In this document: piece after piece, positions 40,760 to 51,767 of the stretch
Position numbering within the stretch: position 1 is the first letter of the stretch
Layout of the letters: each line of letters starts with the position of its first letter
NCBI GenBank assembly: GCA_965208575.1
Contig: CBDBOV010000006.1
Span: forward strand, 640,001-704,000
From: Spirochaetia bacterium
GTDB lineage: Bacteria > Spirochaetota > Spirochaetia > SZUA-6 > Bin103
Direction: 5' to 3'
DNA: 64,000 nt
Position numbers and translations under genes: made by a program
The notes under the pieces: generated by a model
Seen by the model: only the letters and a program-made list of their open reading frames with translations
The model's database searches: none
What the model was told of the DNA's origin: nothing

Positions 40760-42424
40760 GTGTCGGCACTGACCGAGTCTCCGGCGTGGCGTGACCTGAC
40801 CGCGCACCGGCGCGCCATGGGCGGCCGCCACATGCGCGAGTTGTTCGAAGCCGACGCCGGCCGCTTCGACCGCTTTTCGCTGCGCTTGGGGGAGATCCTG
40901 TTCGACTACTCCAAGAACCGCATCACCGGCGAGACCCTGGATCTGCTCGTCGCCCTCGCGCGCCAGGCCGGCCTGTCCGCCGCCATCGAGGCGATGTTCG
41001 GCGGCGCCAGGATCAACACCACGGAGCACCGCGCGGTGCTGCACGTGGCGCTGCGCAACCGTTCCAACCGGCCCATCCGGGTGGCCGGCGCCGACGTGAT
41101 GCCGGAGGTGAACCGGGTACTCGGCAAGATGCGCTCATTCAGCGAGCGGATCCGTTCCGGCGCCTGGCGCGGGTTCGGCGGGGATGCGATCACCGACGTG
41201 GTCAACATCGGCATCGGCGGGTCGGATCTCGGCCCGCGGATGGCCGCCGCCGCGCTCACGCCATACGCCGCCGCCCACCTGCGCGTACACTTCGTCTCCA
41301 ACGTCGACGGCACCGACATCAGCGAGACGCTGCAGGCGCTCGACCCCGCCACTACGCTGTTTCTGATCGCCTCCAAGACCTTCACCACCGAAGAGACGAT
41401 GACCAACGCCGCCTCGGCGCGCGCGTGGCTGCTGCAGGCCGCACCGGACGAGAGCGCGATCGCCCGCCACTTCGCCGCCCTGTCCACCAACACCAAGGCG
41501 GTGGCCGCGTTCGGCATCGACACCGACAACATGTTCGAGTTCTGGGACTGGGTCGGCGGGCGCTACTCGCTGTGGTCGGCAATCGGCCTGCCGATCGCCA
41601 TCGCCATCGGCATGGACCGGTTTGAGGAGCTGCTCGCCGGCGCCCACGAGGCGGACGAGCACTTCCGCGGCACCCCGCCCGAGCGCAACATCCCGGTGAT
41701 CATGGCGCTGCTCGGCATCTGGTACCGCGACTTCTTCGGCGCCCGGACGCACGCCATCCTGCCCTACGACCAGTATATGCGCCACTTCGCCGACTACCTG
41801 CAGCAGGGCGACATGGAGAGCAACGGCAAGAGCGTCGACAAGGCCGGGGGCGCGGTCGACTACGGCACCGGGCCGGTGATTTGGGGCCAGCCGGGCACCA
41901 ACGGCCAGCACGCCTTCTACCAGCTCATCCACCAGGGTACGGACCTGGTGCCGTGCGACTTCCTGGCGCCGGCGCGGAGCCACAACCCGCTCGGCCGCCA
42001 CCACGACATCCTCATCGCCAACTTCCTGGCCCAGACCGAGGCGCTGATGCGCGGCCGAACCACCACCGAGGCGCGTGCCGAGCTGGCCGACGCGGGCGTG
42101 TCGGGACCGGACCTGGAGGTGCTCGCCGCCGCCAAGACGTTCGCCGGCAACCGGCCGACCAACACGTTCCTGTTTCGGCAGCTCACCCCGGCCACCCTGG
42201 GCGCGCTCATCGCCTGCTACGAGCACAAGATCTTCACCCAGGGCGTGATCTGGAACATCAACTCCTTCGACCAGATGGGCGTGGAACTCGGCAAGCAACT
42301 GGCCGCGGCCATCCTGCCGGCGCTGACCGGCGGCGCCCCGCAAGCCGGCCGCGCCGCCGGCCACGATTCGTCGACCGGCGGCCTGATCCGCGCCTACCGG
42401 CAGCTTCGCGGTGAAGGCGCATAG
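40760..42424 (+). CDS. pgi: Glucose-6-phosphate isomerase
   Basis: [46 protein letters not shown]. Confidence 0.97.
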   Translation: MSALTESPAWRDLTAHRRAMGGRHMRELFEADAGRFDRFSLRLGEILFDYSKNRITGETLDLLVALARQAGLSAAIEAMFGGARINTTEHRAVLHVALRNRSNRPIRVAGADVMPEVNRVLGKMRSFSERIRSGAWRGFGGDAITDVVNIGIGGSDLGPRMAAAALTPYAAAHLRVHFVSNVDGTDISETLQALDPATTLFLIASKTFTTEETMTNAASARAWLLQAAPDESAIARHFAALSTNTKAVAAFGIDTDNMFEFWDWVGGRYSLWSAIGLPIAIAIGMDRFEELLAGAHEADEHFRGTPPERNIPVIMALLGIWYRDFFGARTHAILPYDQYMRHFADYLQQGDMESNGKSVDKAGGAVDYGTGPVIWGQPGTNGQHAFYQLIHQGTDLVPCDFLAPARSHNPLGRHHDILIANFLAQTEALMRGRTTTEARAELADAGVSGPDLEVLAAAKTFAGNRPTNTFLFRQLTPATLGALIACYEHKIFTQGVIWNINSFDQMGVELGKQLAAAILPALTGGAPQAGRAAGHDSSTGGLIRAYRQLRGEGA

Positions 42425-42488
42425 GGCGGGGGATCGGCGCCAGATCGCGATCCTGGAACGCGTCACGACCACGGGAGGAACCAGTATC

Positions 42489-44441
42489 ATGATCGAAGCT
42501 CGCCACCGACTCGCCCGCACACCGATGCGGCTGCTCGTGCCGTTGCTGCTGGCGGCGCTGGCAGGTCCCGCCGCCGCCAAGGATCCGAGCTATATCGGTA
42601 CGGTACACACGGTCGGCACCGCCGCCGACGGCGCCACCGCCCGCGGCACCGTGTTCCTGGATGCCGACCGCGACTCGATGCCGGACCCCGGCGAGCGAGG
42701 GGTCGCCGGGGTGCTGGTCTCCAACGGGCGCGAGGTGGTGACGACCGGCGCCGACGGCAGCTACGAGATTCCCGCTTACGAAGACATGAACCTGTTCATC
42801 ACCAAGCCGGCCGGCTACGCCGTCCCGGTCAGCGACGAGATGGTTCCGCGGTTCGCCTACATCCACAAGATCGCCGGCTCGCCGCCGCTGCGCTACGGCG
42901 GCATCGAGCCCACCGGCCCGCTGCCGCGCGAGATCAACTTCCCGCTGATCGAAGACCCGGTGGGCGACCGGTTCCGGTGCCTGGCGTTCGGCGATCCGCA
43001 GCCCTACACCAACCGGGAGGTTTCCTACGTGCGCGACACCGTCGGCAAGATGCTGGTGACCCGCGATACCTCCGAAGTTGAGTGCCTGCTGTTCGAGGGC
43101 GACATCATGGGCGATGATCTGTCGCTGCTCGGGCGCTTCAAGAAGATCGTCGCGGCCGGCGGCGTGCCGCAGTACTACGTCGGCGGCAACCACGACCTGG
43201 ACTGGGATGCCGAGCACGACGCGCACTCGTTCGACACGTTCCGGCGCGAGTGGGGGCCGGAATACTACTCGTTCGACATCGGGCAGGTGCACTTCATCGT
43301 GCTCGACAACGTGCGCTACCCGTGCAACGGCATAGACGACCATCCGTTCTGCGATCCGGCGCGACGCCCCACCTACAACGGGGTGATCAGCGAGCGCCAA
43401 CTCGCCTGGCTGCGCAACGACCTGGCGCACGTGCCGGAGGACAAGCTGCTGGTGATCAACGCGCACATCCCGTTCGTGACCTACACCGACGCCACGCAGC
43501 AGAAGCACCAGACGGACAACCTGGATGAGCTGTACGCCATCGTGGGCGACCGGCCGGCCCTCGGGCTGTCGGGTCACACGCACACCACCGAGCAGATCGT
43601 GCCGGGCGAGCACTTCGCCGGCTGGCAGGAGCATACCGGCACCGGTCCGGCGCAGTTCCACCAGATCGTGACCGGAGCGGTGTCCGGCTCGTGGTGGGCC
43701 GGAGACCTGAACGATGCCGGCATACCGCACGCCACCCAGCGGCTCGGCGCCCCGCGCGGCTACTACCAGCTCGACTTCGACGGCGCCGGCTACACCGACA
43801 CCTACCTGACCTTCGGCGGCAGCGCCGACCGGCAGTTCCACGCCTCGTTCAACACGCCGCGGTTCCGGAGCTGGGCGGAGGAGCTGTTCGCCTACGTCGA
43901 TGAGCACGGCGCCCCCTCCGACGTGCTGCCACCGGTCACCATCAACGACCTGGGCGACATGAACATGCTGACGGTGCGCGACCTGCGCGAAGGCACCTGG
44001 GTGGCGGTCAACGTCTGGAACGGCTCGAAGGAGAGCGCCGTGTCCATTTCGGTGGATGGCGGGCCGCCGATCGCCGCGCTGCGTACCCAACCGGGGGAGG
44101 GCGAGGGCGCGCTGAGCGGTGCGCAGTACGCCGACCCGTGGGCGGTGGCGATTCAGTCCACCAACGGCCGCATGGCGGTGCGCAGCGGCCGCGGCGGCGA
44201 CGACACGGCCGGCTTCACCACCTGGCAGGACGTGCGCTGGAGCGGCGTGGCCGGCCCGTTCCGCGGCTGGATGCTCGCCAGGCGCTCCAACCACCTGTGG
44301 CGCGCCGACCTGCCGGCAGACCTCGCCGCCGGCGTGCACACCCTCGAGGTGGTCACCACCGACCGCTACGGGCGCACCTTCCGCGACACCAGCACCTTCG
44401 AGGTGGTCGACCGCATTCCCACCATGGGTTGGAACCGCTGA
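42489..44441 (+). CDS. Secreted calcineurin-like metallophosphoesterase
   Basis: Signal peptide, VSNG N-terminal domain, GDPQ, GD, GNHD, HIP, SGHTH. Confidence 0.88.
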   Translation: MIEARHRLARTPMRLLVPLLLAALAGPAAAKDPSYIGTVHTVGTAADGATARGTVFLDADRDSMPDPGERGVAGVLVSNGREVVTTGADGSYEIPAYEDMNLFITKPAGYAVPVSDEMVPRFAYIHKIAGSPPLRYGGIEPTGPLPREINFPLIEDPVGDRFRCLAFGDPQPYTNREVSYVRDTVGKMLVTRDTSEVECLLFEGDIMGDDLSLLGRFKKIVAAGGVPQYYVGGNHDLDWDAEHDAHSFDTFRREWGPEYYSFDIGQVHFIVLDNVRYPCNGIDDHPFCDPARRPTYNGVISERQLAWLRNDLAHVPEDKLLVINAHIPFVTYTDATQQKHQTDNLDELYAIVGDRPALGLSGHTHTTEQIVPGEHFAGWQEHTGTGPAQFHQIVTGAVSGSWWAGDLNDAGIPHATQRLGAPRGYYQLDFDGAGYTDTYLTFGGSADRQFHASFNTPRFRSWAEELFAYVDEHGAPSDVLPPVTINDLGDMNMLTVRDLREGTWVAVNVWNGSKESAVSISVDGGPPIAALRTQPGEGEGALSGAQYADPWAVAIQSTNGRMAVRSGRGGDDTAGFTTWQDVRWSGVAGPFRGWMLARRSNHLWRADLPADLAAGVHTLEVVTTDRYGRTFRDTSTFEVVDRIPTMGWNR

Positions 44442-44523
44442 TTCCGGAGTCTGCCGGTCTGTCGGATCGGATCGACCGGTTGCCGGGAGAGCGCTGCCAC
44501 CCGACGTTGGGCGTGCGTTCGCC

Positions 44524-45495
44524 TCAGCGGACGGTCAGCACCACCTTGCCGATGTTGCCGTAGCGCTCCACCAGGTCGTGCGCCTGCTGCGCCTGCCGCA
44601 CCGGCATGGCCGTGTGGATGACCGGCAGGATCTCGCGTGCCGCCACCGCGGCGCCGAAGTCGCGCTGAAAGCCGGCACTGATGGCGGCCTTCTCGGCGGC
44701 CGAGCGCGCCCGCAGCACCGAGCCGATCAGGCGCTGCCGCTTGCGCATCAGGTCGCCGATGCGGAACTCGGCCACGTTGCCGCCGAGGGTGGCGATGAAC
44801 ACCAGCCGCCCGCGCTCGCGCAGCAGCCCGAGGTTGCGGGCCAGGTAGCCGGCGCCGACGCAGTCCAGGATCACGTCGACGCCGCCCGCGGCCGCGGCGA
44901 TCGCCTCCTCCCAACGGCCGGTGGTGTGGCTGACCGCCACGTCGGCGCCGAGTTCCCGGCACGCCGCCAGCTTGGCCTCCGAACGGGCGGTCACGCACAC
45001 CGTGGCGCCGGCGTGGCGGGCGAGTTGAATGGCCGCCGTGCCGACGCCGCTCGCGCCGCCGTGAATCAGCACCGTCTCGCCCGCGGTCAGACCCGCTTCC
45101 ATGAACATGTTGACGTAGGCGGTGAGGAATACTTCCGGCAGCCCGCCGCCCTCGGTATAGCTGAGCGCGTCCGGCAGCCGCATCAGGTAGCTCGCATCGG
45201 TCGCCACCGCTTCCGCGTAGCCGCCGCCGCCAAGGATGGAGTATACCCGGTCGCCGACCGCGAACCCCTGCGCCTGCGCGCCGACCGCCGCCACCTCGCC
45301 GGCCATCTCCAGGCCCAGGTAAGGCGGCGCCCCCGGCGGCGGATCGTAACCGCCGCGCCGCTGCGCCAGGTCCGCCCTGTTCACCGCCGTGGCGTGGATC
45401 CGTACCAGCACCTCGTGCGGTTTCGGTTCCGGATCCGCCACCTCCCGCCATTCCAGCGGCGCGTCGGCGCCGCCACCCACTACAATCGCATGCAC
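44524..45495 (-). CDS. NAD(P)H-quinone oxidoreductase (PIG3/Qor family)
   Basis: VNRADL.QR.G.Y.PPPG, GGGYAE, HGGASGVG. Confidence 0.9.
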   Translation of the reverse strand: MHAIVVGGGADAPLEWREVADPEPKPHEVLVRIHATAVNRADLAQRRGGYDPPPGAPPYLGLEMAGEVAAVGAQAQGFAVGDRVYSILGGGGYAEAVATDASYLMRLPDALSYTEGGGLPEVFLTAYVNMFMEAGLTAGETVLIHGGASGVGTAAIQLARHAGATVCVTARSEAKLAACRELGADVAVSHTTGRWEEAIAAAAGGVDVILDCVGAGYLARNLGLLRERGRLVFIATLGGNVAEFRIGDLMRKRQRLIGSVLRARSAAEKAAISAGFQRDFGAAVAAREILPVIHTAMPVRQAQQAHDLVERYGNIGKVVLTVR

Positions 45496-45610
45496 CGGTG
45501 CAGCATACCGGCGCACAGCCCGGCGTTCCAGGCGCTATACTACCTGCGTGGAACGACACGGTGGCCCTGCGACACCGGAGGCGGGCCCCGGCGGCGCTTC
45601 CAGCCGGCCA

Positions 45611-46636
45611 ATGGAACGGCGGCGCGGCAGCAGCGGGCGCCGCATGATCCGCAACCTCGCCATCCTGCTCGCGGTGTGTGCCGCGGCGGTCGCCGCCATG
45701 CTGTTGGCAAGCCCGCGCGCGCCGGCCCTGTCCCGCACCGGCCTGCCGCGCCCGCAGCCCGAACCGAACGCCGCGCCGGAACGCGAGGCGGCCGTGTCGG
45801 TCGCGGTGCCCGGCGCCGGTGCGCCATGGCGAGTCGGACTCCAGGTCGGCCACCTCGATTCCGCGCAACTGCCGGCTGAATTGAGCCGGTTGCGCGCGTC
45901 AACCGGCGCTTACGCGGCGGGTGTGAATGAGGTGGATGTCAATCGTGCCGTGGCGGAGGCCGCGGCGGAACTCCTGCAGGATGCCGGAATCGACGTCACG
46001 GTGCTGCCAGCCACCATCCCGCCCGGCTTCGCCGCCGATGCGTTCGTGGCGCTCCACGCCGACGGCAGCACCGACTCCGGGGTTCGCGGCTACAAGGTCT
46101 CTCCGCCGTGGCGGGCATCGCCGGCATCGCGAACGTTGGTGGCCGCCCTGCTCGAACACTACGGAGCGGCGACCGGCCTGCCGCGAGACCTGAATGGCGT
46201 CACGTACCGGATGCGCGGCTACTACGCGTTCAACAGCTACCGCTACCGTCATGCAATTGCCTTGAACACCCCGGCGGCAATCCTGGAGATGGGCTATCTC
46301 AGTAACGGCACCGATCGCGAGTACCTTCTCGCCCACCCCGAGGAGGCGGCCGCCGGGCTGGTCGCCGGCATCCTCGCGTTCCTCGACCAGCGCGATCCGT
46401 TCGACCGCTGGGACACGATGCCGATCGAGGCGGTGATCCTGCGCACACCCCGCACCGGTATCGCGCTCCACGCCGGGCCCGATCGCGGTTCCACCGTGCG
46501 CCTGCACCTGCGCCAGGGGGATACGCTCTATGCGCGCGGCGGCGTTGGCCACTGGTACGACGTGCGCGTACAGGGCAGTTACCGCCACTTCGGTTGGGTG
46601 CACGCCGACGACCTCGGCATGCCGCCGCCCGAGTGA
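45611..46636 (+). CDS. N-acetylmuramoyl-L-alanine amidase (Amidase_3) with SH3b-like domain
   Basis: LQVGH, E.DVN, ALHAD, ILEMGYLSN; C-terminal WY.V..GWV. Confidence 0.85.
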   Translation: MERRRGSSGRRMIRNLAILLAVCAAAVAAMLLASPRAPALSRTGLPRPQPEPNAAPEREAAVSVAVPGAGAPWRVGLQVGHLDSAQLPAELSRLRASTGAYAAGVNEVDVNRAVAEAAAELLQDAGIDVTVLPATIPPGFAADAFVALHADGSTDSGVRGYKVSPPWRASPASRTLVAALLEHYGAATGLPRDLNGVTYRMRGYYAFNSYRYRHAIALNTPAAILEMGYLSNGTDREYLLAHPEEAAAGLVAGILAFLDQRDPFDRWDTMPIEAVILRTPRTGIALHAGPDRGSTVRLHLRQGDTLYARGGVGHWYDVRVQGSYRHFGWVHADDLGMPPPE

Positions 46637-47505
46637 ACCTCCCGCGGCGCCCGGACGCCCTCGAACGATGGCTGCTCGCCCACGAGGCGTCCGCGGCGGC
46701 CGCGGCGGGGCGGGCGATCACGCCGGGAACCGAGAAGCTGGTGGTGTGGCACGGCGGCGCACCCTGCCGGACCGACCTCGCGCTGGTGTACATCCATGGC
46801 TACACCGGCAGCCGCCAAGCCCTGGCGCCGGTGCCGGAGCAGGTCGCGGGACGCCTCGCGGCCAACCTGTTCTGCACCCGCCTGACCGGCAGCGGCCTGG
46901 GGGCCGATGCCATCGGCAACGCCACCCTAGAGTGCTGGCGGCGGGACACGGCGGAGGCGCTGCGGATCGGTGCGGTGATCGGGCGGCGGGTGGTGCTGAT
47001 CGGCATGTCCACCGGTGCCGCCCTGGCGGTGGCCGAGGCGGCGCGGCGGCCGTCGCTCGCCGCCCTGGTGCTGCTGGTGCCCAACTTCCGGCCGCGCAAC
47101 CGCGGCGTGAGCCTGCTGCTGACGCCGGCCGGTCCGTTGCTCGCCCGCCTGCTGGTCGGCCCCTATCGCGACCTGTCCGGGCGCAACGAAATGGAAGACC
47201 GCTACTGGACCACCCGCCACCACTCGCGGTCTCTGGTACCGATGATGCAGGCGGTACGCGACGCCCGGCGCGCCGCGCTGGAGGCGATCCGCAGCCCCAC
47301 GCTGGTGGTCTACACCGAGCAGGACGAGGTGGTCTCGGTGGCCGCGATCAAGGCCGCCTACGCCCGCCTCGGCAGCAAGCACAAACGGCTGCTGGACCTG
47401 CGGGGCGCGGAGCGCCACGAGTTGGCCGGCACCATCCAGGCGCCCGCCATGGTCCCGGCACTGACCGCGGCCGTCACCCGCTACCTGAGCGAATATCTAT
47501 ACTGA
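46633..47505 (+). CDS. Alpha/beta hydrolase
   Basis: YIHG, GMSTG, DEVV, RHEL; GTGA overlap with the amidase gene. Confidence 0.82.
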   Translation: MNLPRRPDALERWLLAHEASAAAAAGRAITPGTEKLVVWHGGAPCRTDLALVYIHGYTGSRQALAPVPEQVAGRLAANLFCTRLTGSGLGADAIGNATLECWRRDTAEALRIGAVIGRRVVLIGMSTGAALAVAEAARRPSLAALVLLVPNFRPRNRGVSLLLTPAGPLLARLLVGPYRDLSGRNEMEDRYWTTRHHSRSLVPMMQAVRDARRAALEAIRSPTLVVYTEQDEVVSVAAIKAAYARLGSKHKRLLDLRGAERHELAGTIQAPAMVPALTAAVTRYLSEYLY

Positions 47506-47596
47506 CCGCGGCGGCCACCGCTTCCTGAGCGAACACCTGTGCTCACCGCGGCCGTCACCCGCTTCCGGAGCGAACACCTGTGCTCGCCGCGGCGGC
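47461..47596 (+). repeat. About 40-bp tandem repeat (3 units plus a partial) containing the hydrolase 3' end
   Basis: CT(G/C)ACCGCGGC..CACC.GCT.CC.GAGCGAA.A.CT.T units. Confidence 0.85.
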
Positions 47597-47662
47597 CCCA
47601 ACTTCGGCGGCACGCCGACGGCCCGGCGCCCGAGTCACCCCGCCCAAGCGGGAGGCACCCGA

Positions 47663-49012
47663 TCACTCGTCGTCTTCGAGATCGACGTGCAACCTACTCG
47701 GAACGCCAGGCGTGTAGCCGTCGCCCGGCCAGATGGAGATGAGCTCGCTGCCTCCGAAGAGGTGGTTTCTCTTGTCGTTATTGCCGGCCGTCACCGTCAA
47801 CGAGGTCGTACCGGAGGTGGGGATCGTGACCGCCGCCGGACGGGGTGTGAGCTTCAATTCCAGATCCACAGGGGGATCATGGGACTCTCCCAAATAAACC
47901 CAATTCAGCGCGACCGTCAGGGTGGACGATGGCGCCGGCGTCGCCTCCAGCGTGTACGACATGGTGCCGCCCTCGTCCACAGTAACGAACGTGGCACGTG
48001 GGAATTCGCGATGGACCGTAGAACCGGCGGACGAGATCGTCACCGTGGAGATTGGCGGCGCGGGAGGCACGGGCGCGGGCGCGGGCGCGGGAGGCGCGGG
48101 CGGGCGAGGGATCTGCGCTGGTGGACTCGGCAATGGAACCCGCGGTCCTTCAGGCGTCGGCGCTGGATCCGCCGGTCCTGCAGGCGCCGGTCCTGCAGGC
48201 GCCGGCACTGGGGATCGGGCGGTCTGGTCGTCGTCGGTCACGTCGACGGTCGCCGACCTTGGCATGCCGACCGTATAACCGCTGCCGGGATCGACGGTGA
48301 CCTCCACCGAGCCGTCCTGCTCGTTGGTGTCGTCGTCGTCGGTGGCCGCCGTCAACGGGGCCGTCCGCGTGGAGGCGACTATCGTGACCGTCCCGGAACC
48401 GCTTGCGGCCAGGAACGAGCCTGGATCCGACCAACTCACGTTGACGGTCAGGTCGGCCGCGGGCGCCGGCGACGCGGTCAGCGTGAACGATACCGCGCTA
48501 CCCTCGGGCACCGGGCTGTCGCCAGCCGCGATCGTGACCACCGGCTGCATCGTCAGCTTCGCGCTGGCCGCCGCGCCGGCGCCCGCACCGACCGCGTAGC
48601 CGTCGCCGGCACCTATCGTCGCGGTGACCACGCACCCCTGCGCGCCCACCGTGACGCCGCTCGTCTCCACCTTCAGGGTGCCCTGCAACGTGCCGGCGGC
48701 GATGATCACCGAGTCCGGCGGCTCGGTCAGCTCGCAGGGGGCGGACACGATGGCGACGTCCACGGTGAGGTTCGCTGGCGGCGCGGGTGCGGCGCTGACC
48801 AGGAAACGCAACTCATCTCCGGCAACCACGAAGTCCGCTGCTGGGGCGATGGTGACCACGATGGCTACGGATCCTTGCGAACTCTCCGGCGGCGTAGCCT
48901 GGGTACACGCCGCGAGCGTGAGAACAAGGAGCAGACCCAGCCCCGCCGTGACCGCCGACGCGGTCCTGCGAACGTCGACCCCATCACCCGGAGTGGCTGT
49001 TGCCGGTCTCAC
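47663..49012 (-). CDS. Lipoprotein with Calx-beta-like repeats and a Pro-rich linker
   Basis: Lipobox LAAC; three V.EG..F.L.A.PAP...LTV..G.GY.VG modules; D.DD ends. Confidence 0.75.
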   Translation of the reverse strand: MRPATATPGDGVDVRRTASAVTAGLGLLLVLTLAACTQATPPESSQGSVAIVVTIAPAADFVVAGDELRFLVSAAPAPPANLTVDVAIVSAPCELTEPPDSVIIAAGTLQGTLKVETSGVTVGAQGCVVTATIGAGDGYAVGAGAGAAASAKLTMQPVVTIAAGDSPVPEGSAVSFTLTASPAPAADLTVNVSWSDPGSFLAASGSGTVTIVASTRTAPLTAATDDDDTNEQDGSVEVTVDPGSGYTVGMPRSATVDVTDDDQTARSPVPAPAGPAPAGPADPAPTPEGPRVPLPSPPAQIPRPPAPPAPAPAPVPPAPPISTVTISSAGSTVHREFPRATFVTVDEGGTMSYTLEATPAPSSTLTVALNWVYLGESHDPPVDLELKLTPRPAAVTIPTSGTTSLTVTAGNNDKRNHLFGGSELISIWPGDGYTPGVPSRLHVDLEDDE

Positions 49013-49018
49013 GGCGCC

Positions 49019-49047
49019 AATTTATGTGTGAATAACGTCAATGTCTA
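49019..49047 (-). promoter_or_regulatory. Sigma70-type promoter, apparently leaderless
   Basis: TAGACA-N17-TAAATT, 6 nt before GTG 49012; AT-rich with an ATGTCTA direct repeat. Confidence 0.55.
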
Positions 49048-49167
49048 CACTGACAACATGTCTAAAACGTATTTATTTGTGGCTTCTTTGTCTCATCTGT
49101 GGATTGATCTCGCACGCAAGGCTGCCGTCGCCGGCATAGCGCGCCGCGCTCCCGGCCCGGTCGGCGT

Positions 49168-50406
49168 TCAGGTGTTGGCGGCGCTCCGGCCCCCGCGCGC
49201 AGCGGCGTATTGCGTCCGGGGAAGGAAACGGAACGCGATGGCGGCGGCGACCAGCGGCAGCCAGCCGAGCGCGCCCAGCATGACGGTGACGCCGGCGAGA
49301 TCGGCGATCCAGCCGAGCAGCGGCAAGGTCAGGCTCGCCAGCCCCCAGCTCATCCCCAGCGGCAGGCTGGAGGCCAGCGCGCGCTGCCCCGGCGCCGCCT
49401 GCTGGGCCAGCGCTACCATCACCGACGTGCTGGAGCCGAGCAAGCCGCCGCCGACCGCCAACAGGAGCAGCGACGCCGGCCCCGGCACCAGCGCGTAGGC
49501 GCACAGGAAGGGAGCGGACGCCGCCAGCGAGCCCCATACCAGCGGCTTCGGATCGGTGCGATCGGCGATCCGCCCCACCCCGAGGCTGGCCAGCACACCG
49601 GCCAGGCTGTACACCGACAGGGCGATGCCGCCCACCGCCAGGCCCATGCCGCGGTCGCGGTTCAGGATGGCGATGAACAGGTTGAAGCCGAGAAACGTGA
49701 CGTTGCGCAGCACCACCACGGAGAGAATCGCGGCCAGCGGACGCAGGTTGGCGGCAAGCTGGGCAGCCACGGCACGCCAGCGCTGGTCCTGCGCCGGATC
49801 GGCGCCAAGCGGCACCCGCCGCCAGATGGCGAGCGCCGCGGCCACGCCGGGCAGCGCGGCCAACGGCAGGACGCGCGTTCCGAACGCATCCACGGTGAAC
49901 GTGAGCCAGGTCGGCGTGATCGCCAGGCCGACGGTACCGGCAAACACGAACAGGGCGATGCCGAACGCCCGCCGCGCACCGCTCAGGTCGGCGGCGATCA
50001 CGAACGACTGCGGATGAAACGCCGCCACGCCGAGGCCGCCGGCGGCGATCACGGCGATGGTCAGCGCGAAACTCCCGGTCACGCCCATCAGCGGCATGCA
50101 CACGGCTGCCAGCAGGACGCCCGCCGGTACCAGGTTGCGGCGCCGCAGGCGGTCGCCGAGCAGGCCGAACAGCGGCTGCGACAGGTTGCTGAACGCCATC
50201 ACCGCGCCGATGGTGGCGGTGGCGGCCAGGCTGAGGCCAAGCCGCTCCTGCAGCAGGGGCACCATCGGCGGCAGCATGCCGGCGTAGGAGTCGACACAGA
50301 AGTGGCCGACCGACAACGGCAGCAGCGGGCGGCGCCGCCGCTCGGGCTCCACCGCCGGGGCCGCGCGCGCGCCCGCCGCCGGCGCCGCCGCGGCCCCCGC
50401 GGTCAC
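49168..50406 (-). CDS. MFS transporter (Fsr-like)
   Basis: GHFCVD.Y, QPLFG.LGDR, AFHP, GRIADR; about 12 TMs. Confidence 0.88.
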   Translation of the reverse strand: MTAGAAAAPAAGARAAPAVEPERRRRPLLPLSVGHFCVDSYAGMLPPMVPLLQERLGLSLAATATIGAVMAFSNLSQPLFGLLGDRLRRRNLVPAGVLLAAVCMPLMGVTGSFALTIAVIAAGGLGVAAFHPQSFVIAADLSGARRAFGIALFVFAGTVGLAITPTWLTFTVDAFGTRVLPLAALPGVAAALAIWRRVPLGADPAQDQRWRAVAAQLAANLRPLAAILSVVVLRNVTFLGFNLFIAILNRDRGMGLAVGGIALSVYSLAGVLASLGVGRIADRTDPKPLVWGSLAASAPFLCAYALVPGPASLLLLAVGGGLLGSSTSVMVALAQQAAPGQRALASSLPLGMSWGLASLTLPLLGWIADLAGVTVMLGALGWLPLVAAAIAFRFLPRTQYAAARGGRSAANT

Positions 50407-51653
50407 TGTCCGCCTGCCAACCGCGGCGGCACGCGGCCGGAGGTCAACACCGCTTCGATCTGGCGTTCGGCACCCCAACGCGGCGATGCGGCCACCAGTT
50501 CCAGCAGGCGGCGCAGCTCATCGCGGTCTTCCAGGCGCGCCAGCGCCGGCACCGACTGCTTCAGGATGCGGAACCCGCGGCGGGCGTTGAGGCGCAGGCT
50601 CGGCGTGCGGCTGCTGCCGTAGATGCCGCTCTCCAGCGAACGCAGGTACTCGTACGAGGCGTCGAGTTCCGGGCAGATGCCGCGCCCGGCTGCCCGGCGG
50701 GTGATCTCGGCGGTGATCAGTTCCTGCATGCGGTCCAGGTTGGTGCCGCCGCGATAGGTGACCCGCAGCGGCACGCTCACCAGCGCTTCGCCATCCGCGG
50801 TAAAGCCGCTGAACCACTCGGTGTAGAACCCCTTCTCCAGCACGATCGGCGTGGAGCGGGGAATGAAGCGCATGCGCCGCAGCTCCTCGAGTTGATGCTC
50901 GATGCGGGCGATCTCCTGCTGCAGGCGGGGGTCGCCGGGGCTGGCCGCCAACCGGCTGCGCAGCGGCGGCAGGATTTCCTGCTCGAACAGCAGGATCGCC
51001 TGCGACAGCGGCAGCCGGATGCGTTCGGATGCGAGCAGCTCCTGGTCCTCCTCCTGCTCGATGCCGTACGGCGGGTCGGGCTCGCCCTCCGGGGCGGCGG
51101 TCGCGAACATCGAGCGCATGAACCGGCGTAGCGGCAACGGCAGGCGCTCGGAGTGGAACAGGGGCGCGTACGTGTCGTCGCGGGCGGCGTACTTGCGCAG
51201 CGCCGCGGTGACGATGCGCGCGAGCGCACGCGAGGTCGCGACGGAGGCGTCCGCCGGCTCCAGCAACGCGCCGCCGCCGCGCAGCACCAGTTGCTGAAAC
51301 AGGTCGCGGGCGCGCCGATAGCCGGGGTCGCTGCCGATCAATTCCCGCTGGTCGGAGGAGATGCCGGTCGCCTGCAGTTCCTCCAGGAGCGCGAGTCCGC
51401 TGACCGCGCACTGCCGCGCCCTGCGATACAGGCGGGGTGCCGGCTGGCCGCTGGTGCGCACGCCTTCGAGAATGTGCAGCGCCAGGGCGAAGCGGGTCGC
51501 ACACAGCCCGAACACATGGTCCAAGTTCTTCAGGCCGGCAAACCGCACCTCGTCATCGGCGACGCAGGCGGCCAACCGTGCCTCTTCCCGCTCCAGCCGC
51601 CGTACCGTCGCCTTCCAGGAGGCTTCCGGGCTGCGCTGCACCGACTCGTCCAC
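50403..51653 (-). CDS. Hypothetical protein
   Basis: Coding-like composition; GTGA coupling to the MFS gene; no motif recognised. Confidence 0.65.
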   Translation of the reverse strand: MDESVQRSPEASWKATVRRLEREEARLAACVADDEVRFAGLKNLDHVFGLCATRFALALHILEGVRTSGQPAPRLYRRARQCAVSGLALLEELQATGISSDQRELIGSDPGYRRARDLFQQLVLRGGGALLEPADASVATSRALARIVTAALRKYAARDDTYAPLFHSERLPLPLRRFMRSMFATAAPEGEPDPPYGIEQEEDQELLASERIRLPLSQAILLFEQEILPPLRSRLAASPGDPRLQQEIARIEHQLEELRRMRFIPRSTPIVLEKGFYTEWFSGFTADGEALVSVPLRVTYRGGTNLDRMQELITAEITRRAAGRGICPELDASYEYLRSLESGIYGSSRTPSLRLNARRGFRILKQSVPALARLEDRDELRRLLELVAASPRWGAERQIEAVLTSGRVPPRLAGGQ

Positions 51654-51767
51654 GCCGCTACCGTGCCGCCCACCGCCACCGCCGTCAACCGGGGCAACCG
51701 CCTGGTAGCAGGTCAGTTTGAACTTCGTCCCCTCCCCGAAGCCGTGACCCGATTCGGCGCGCTGAGC

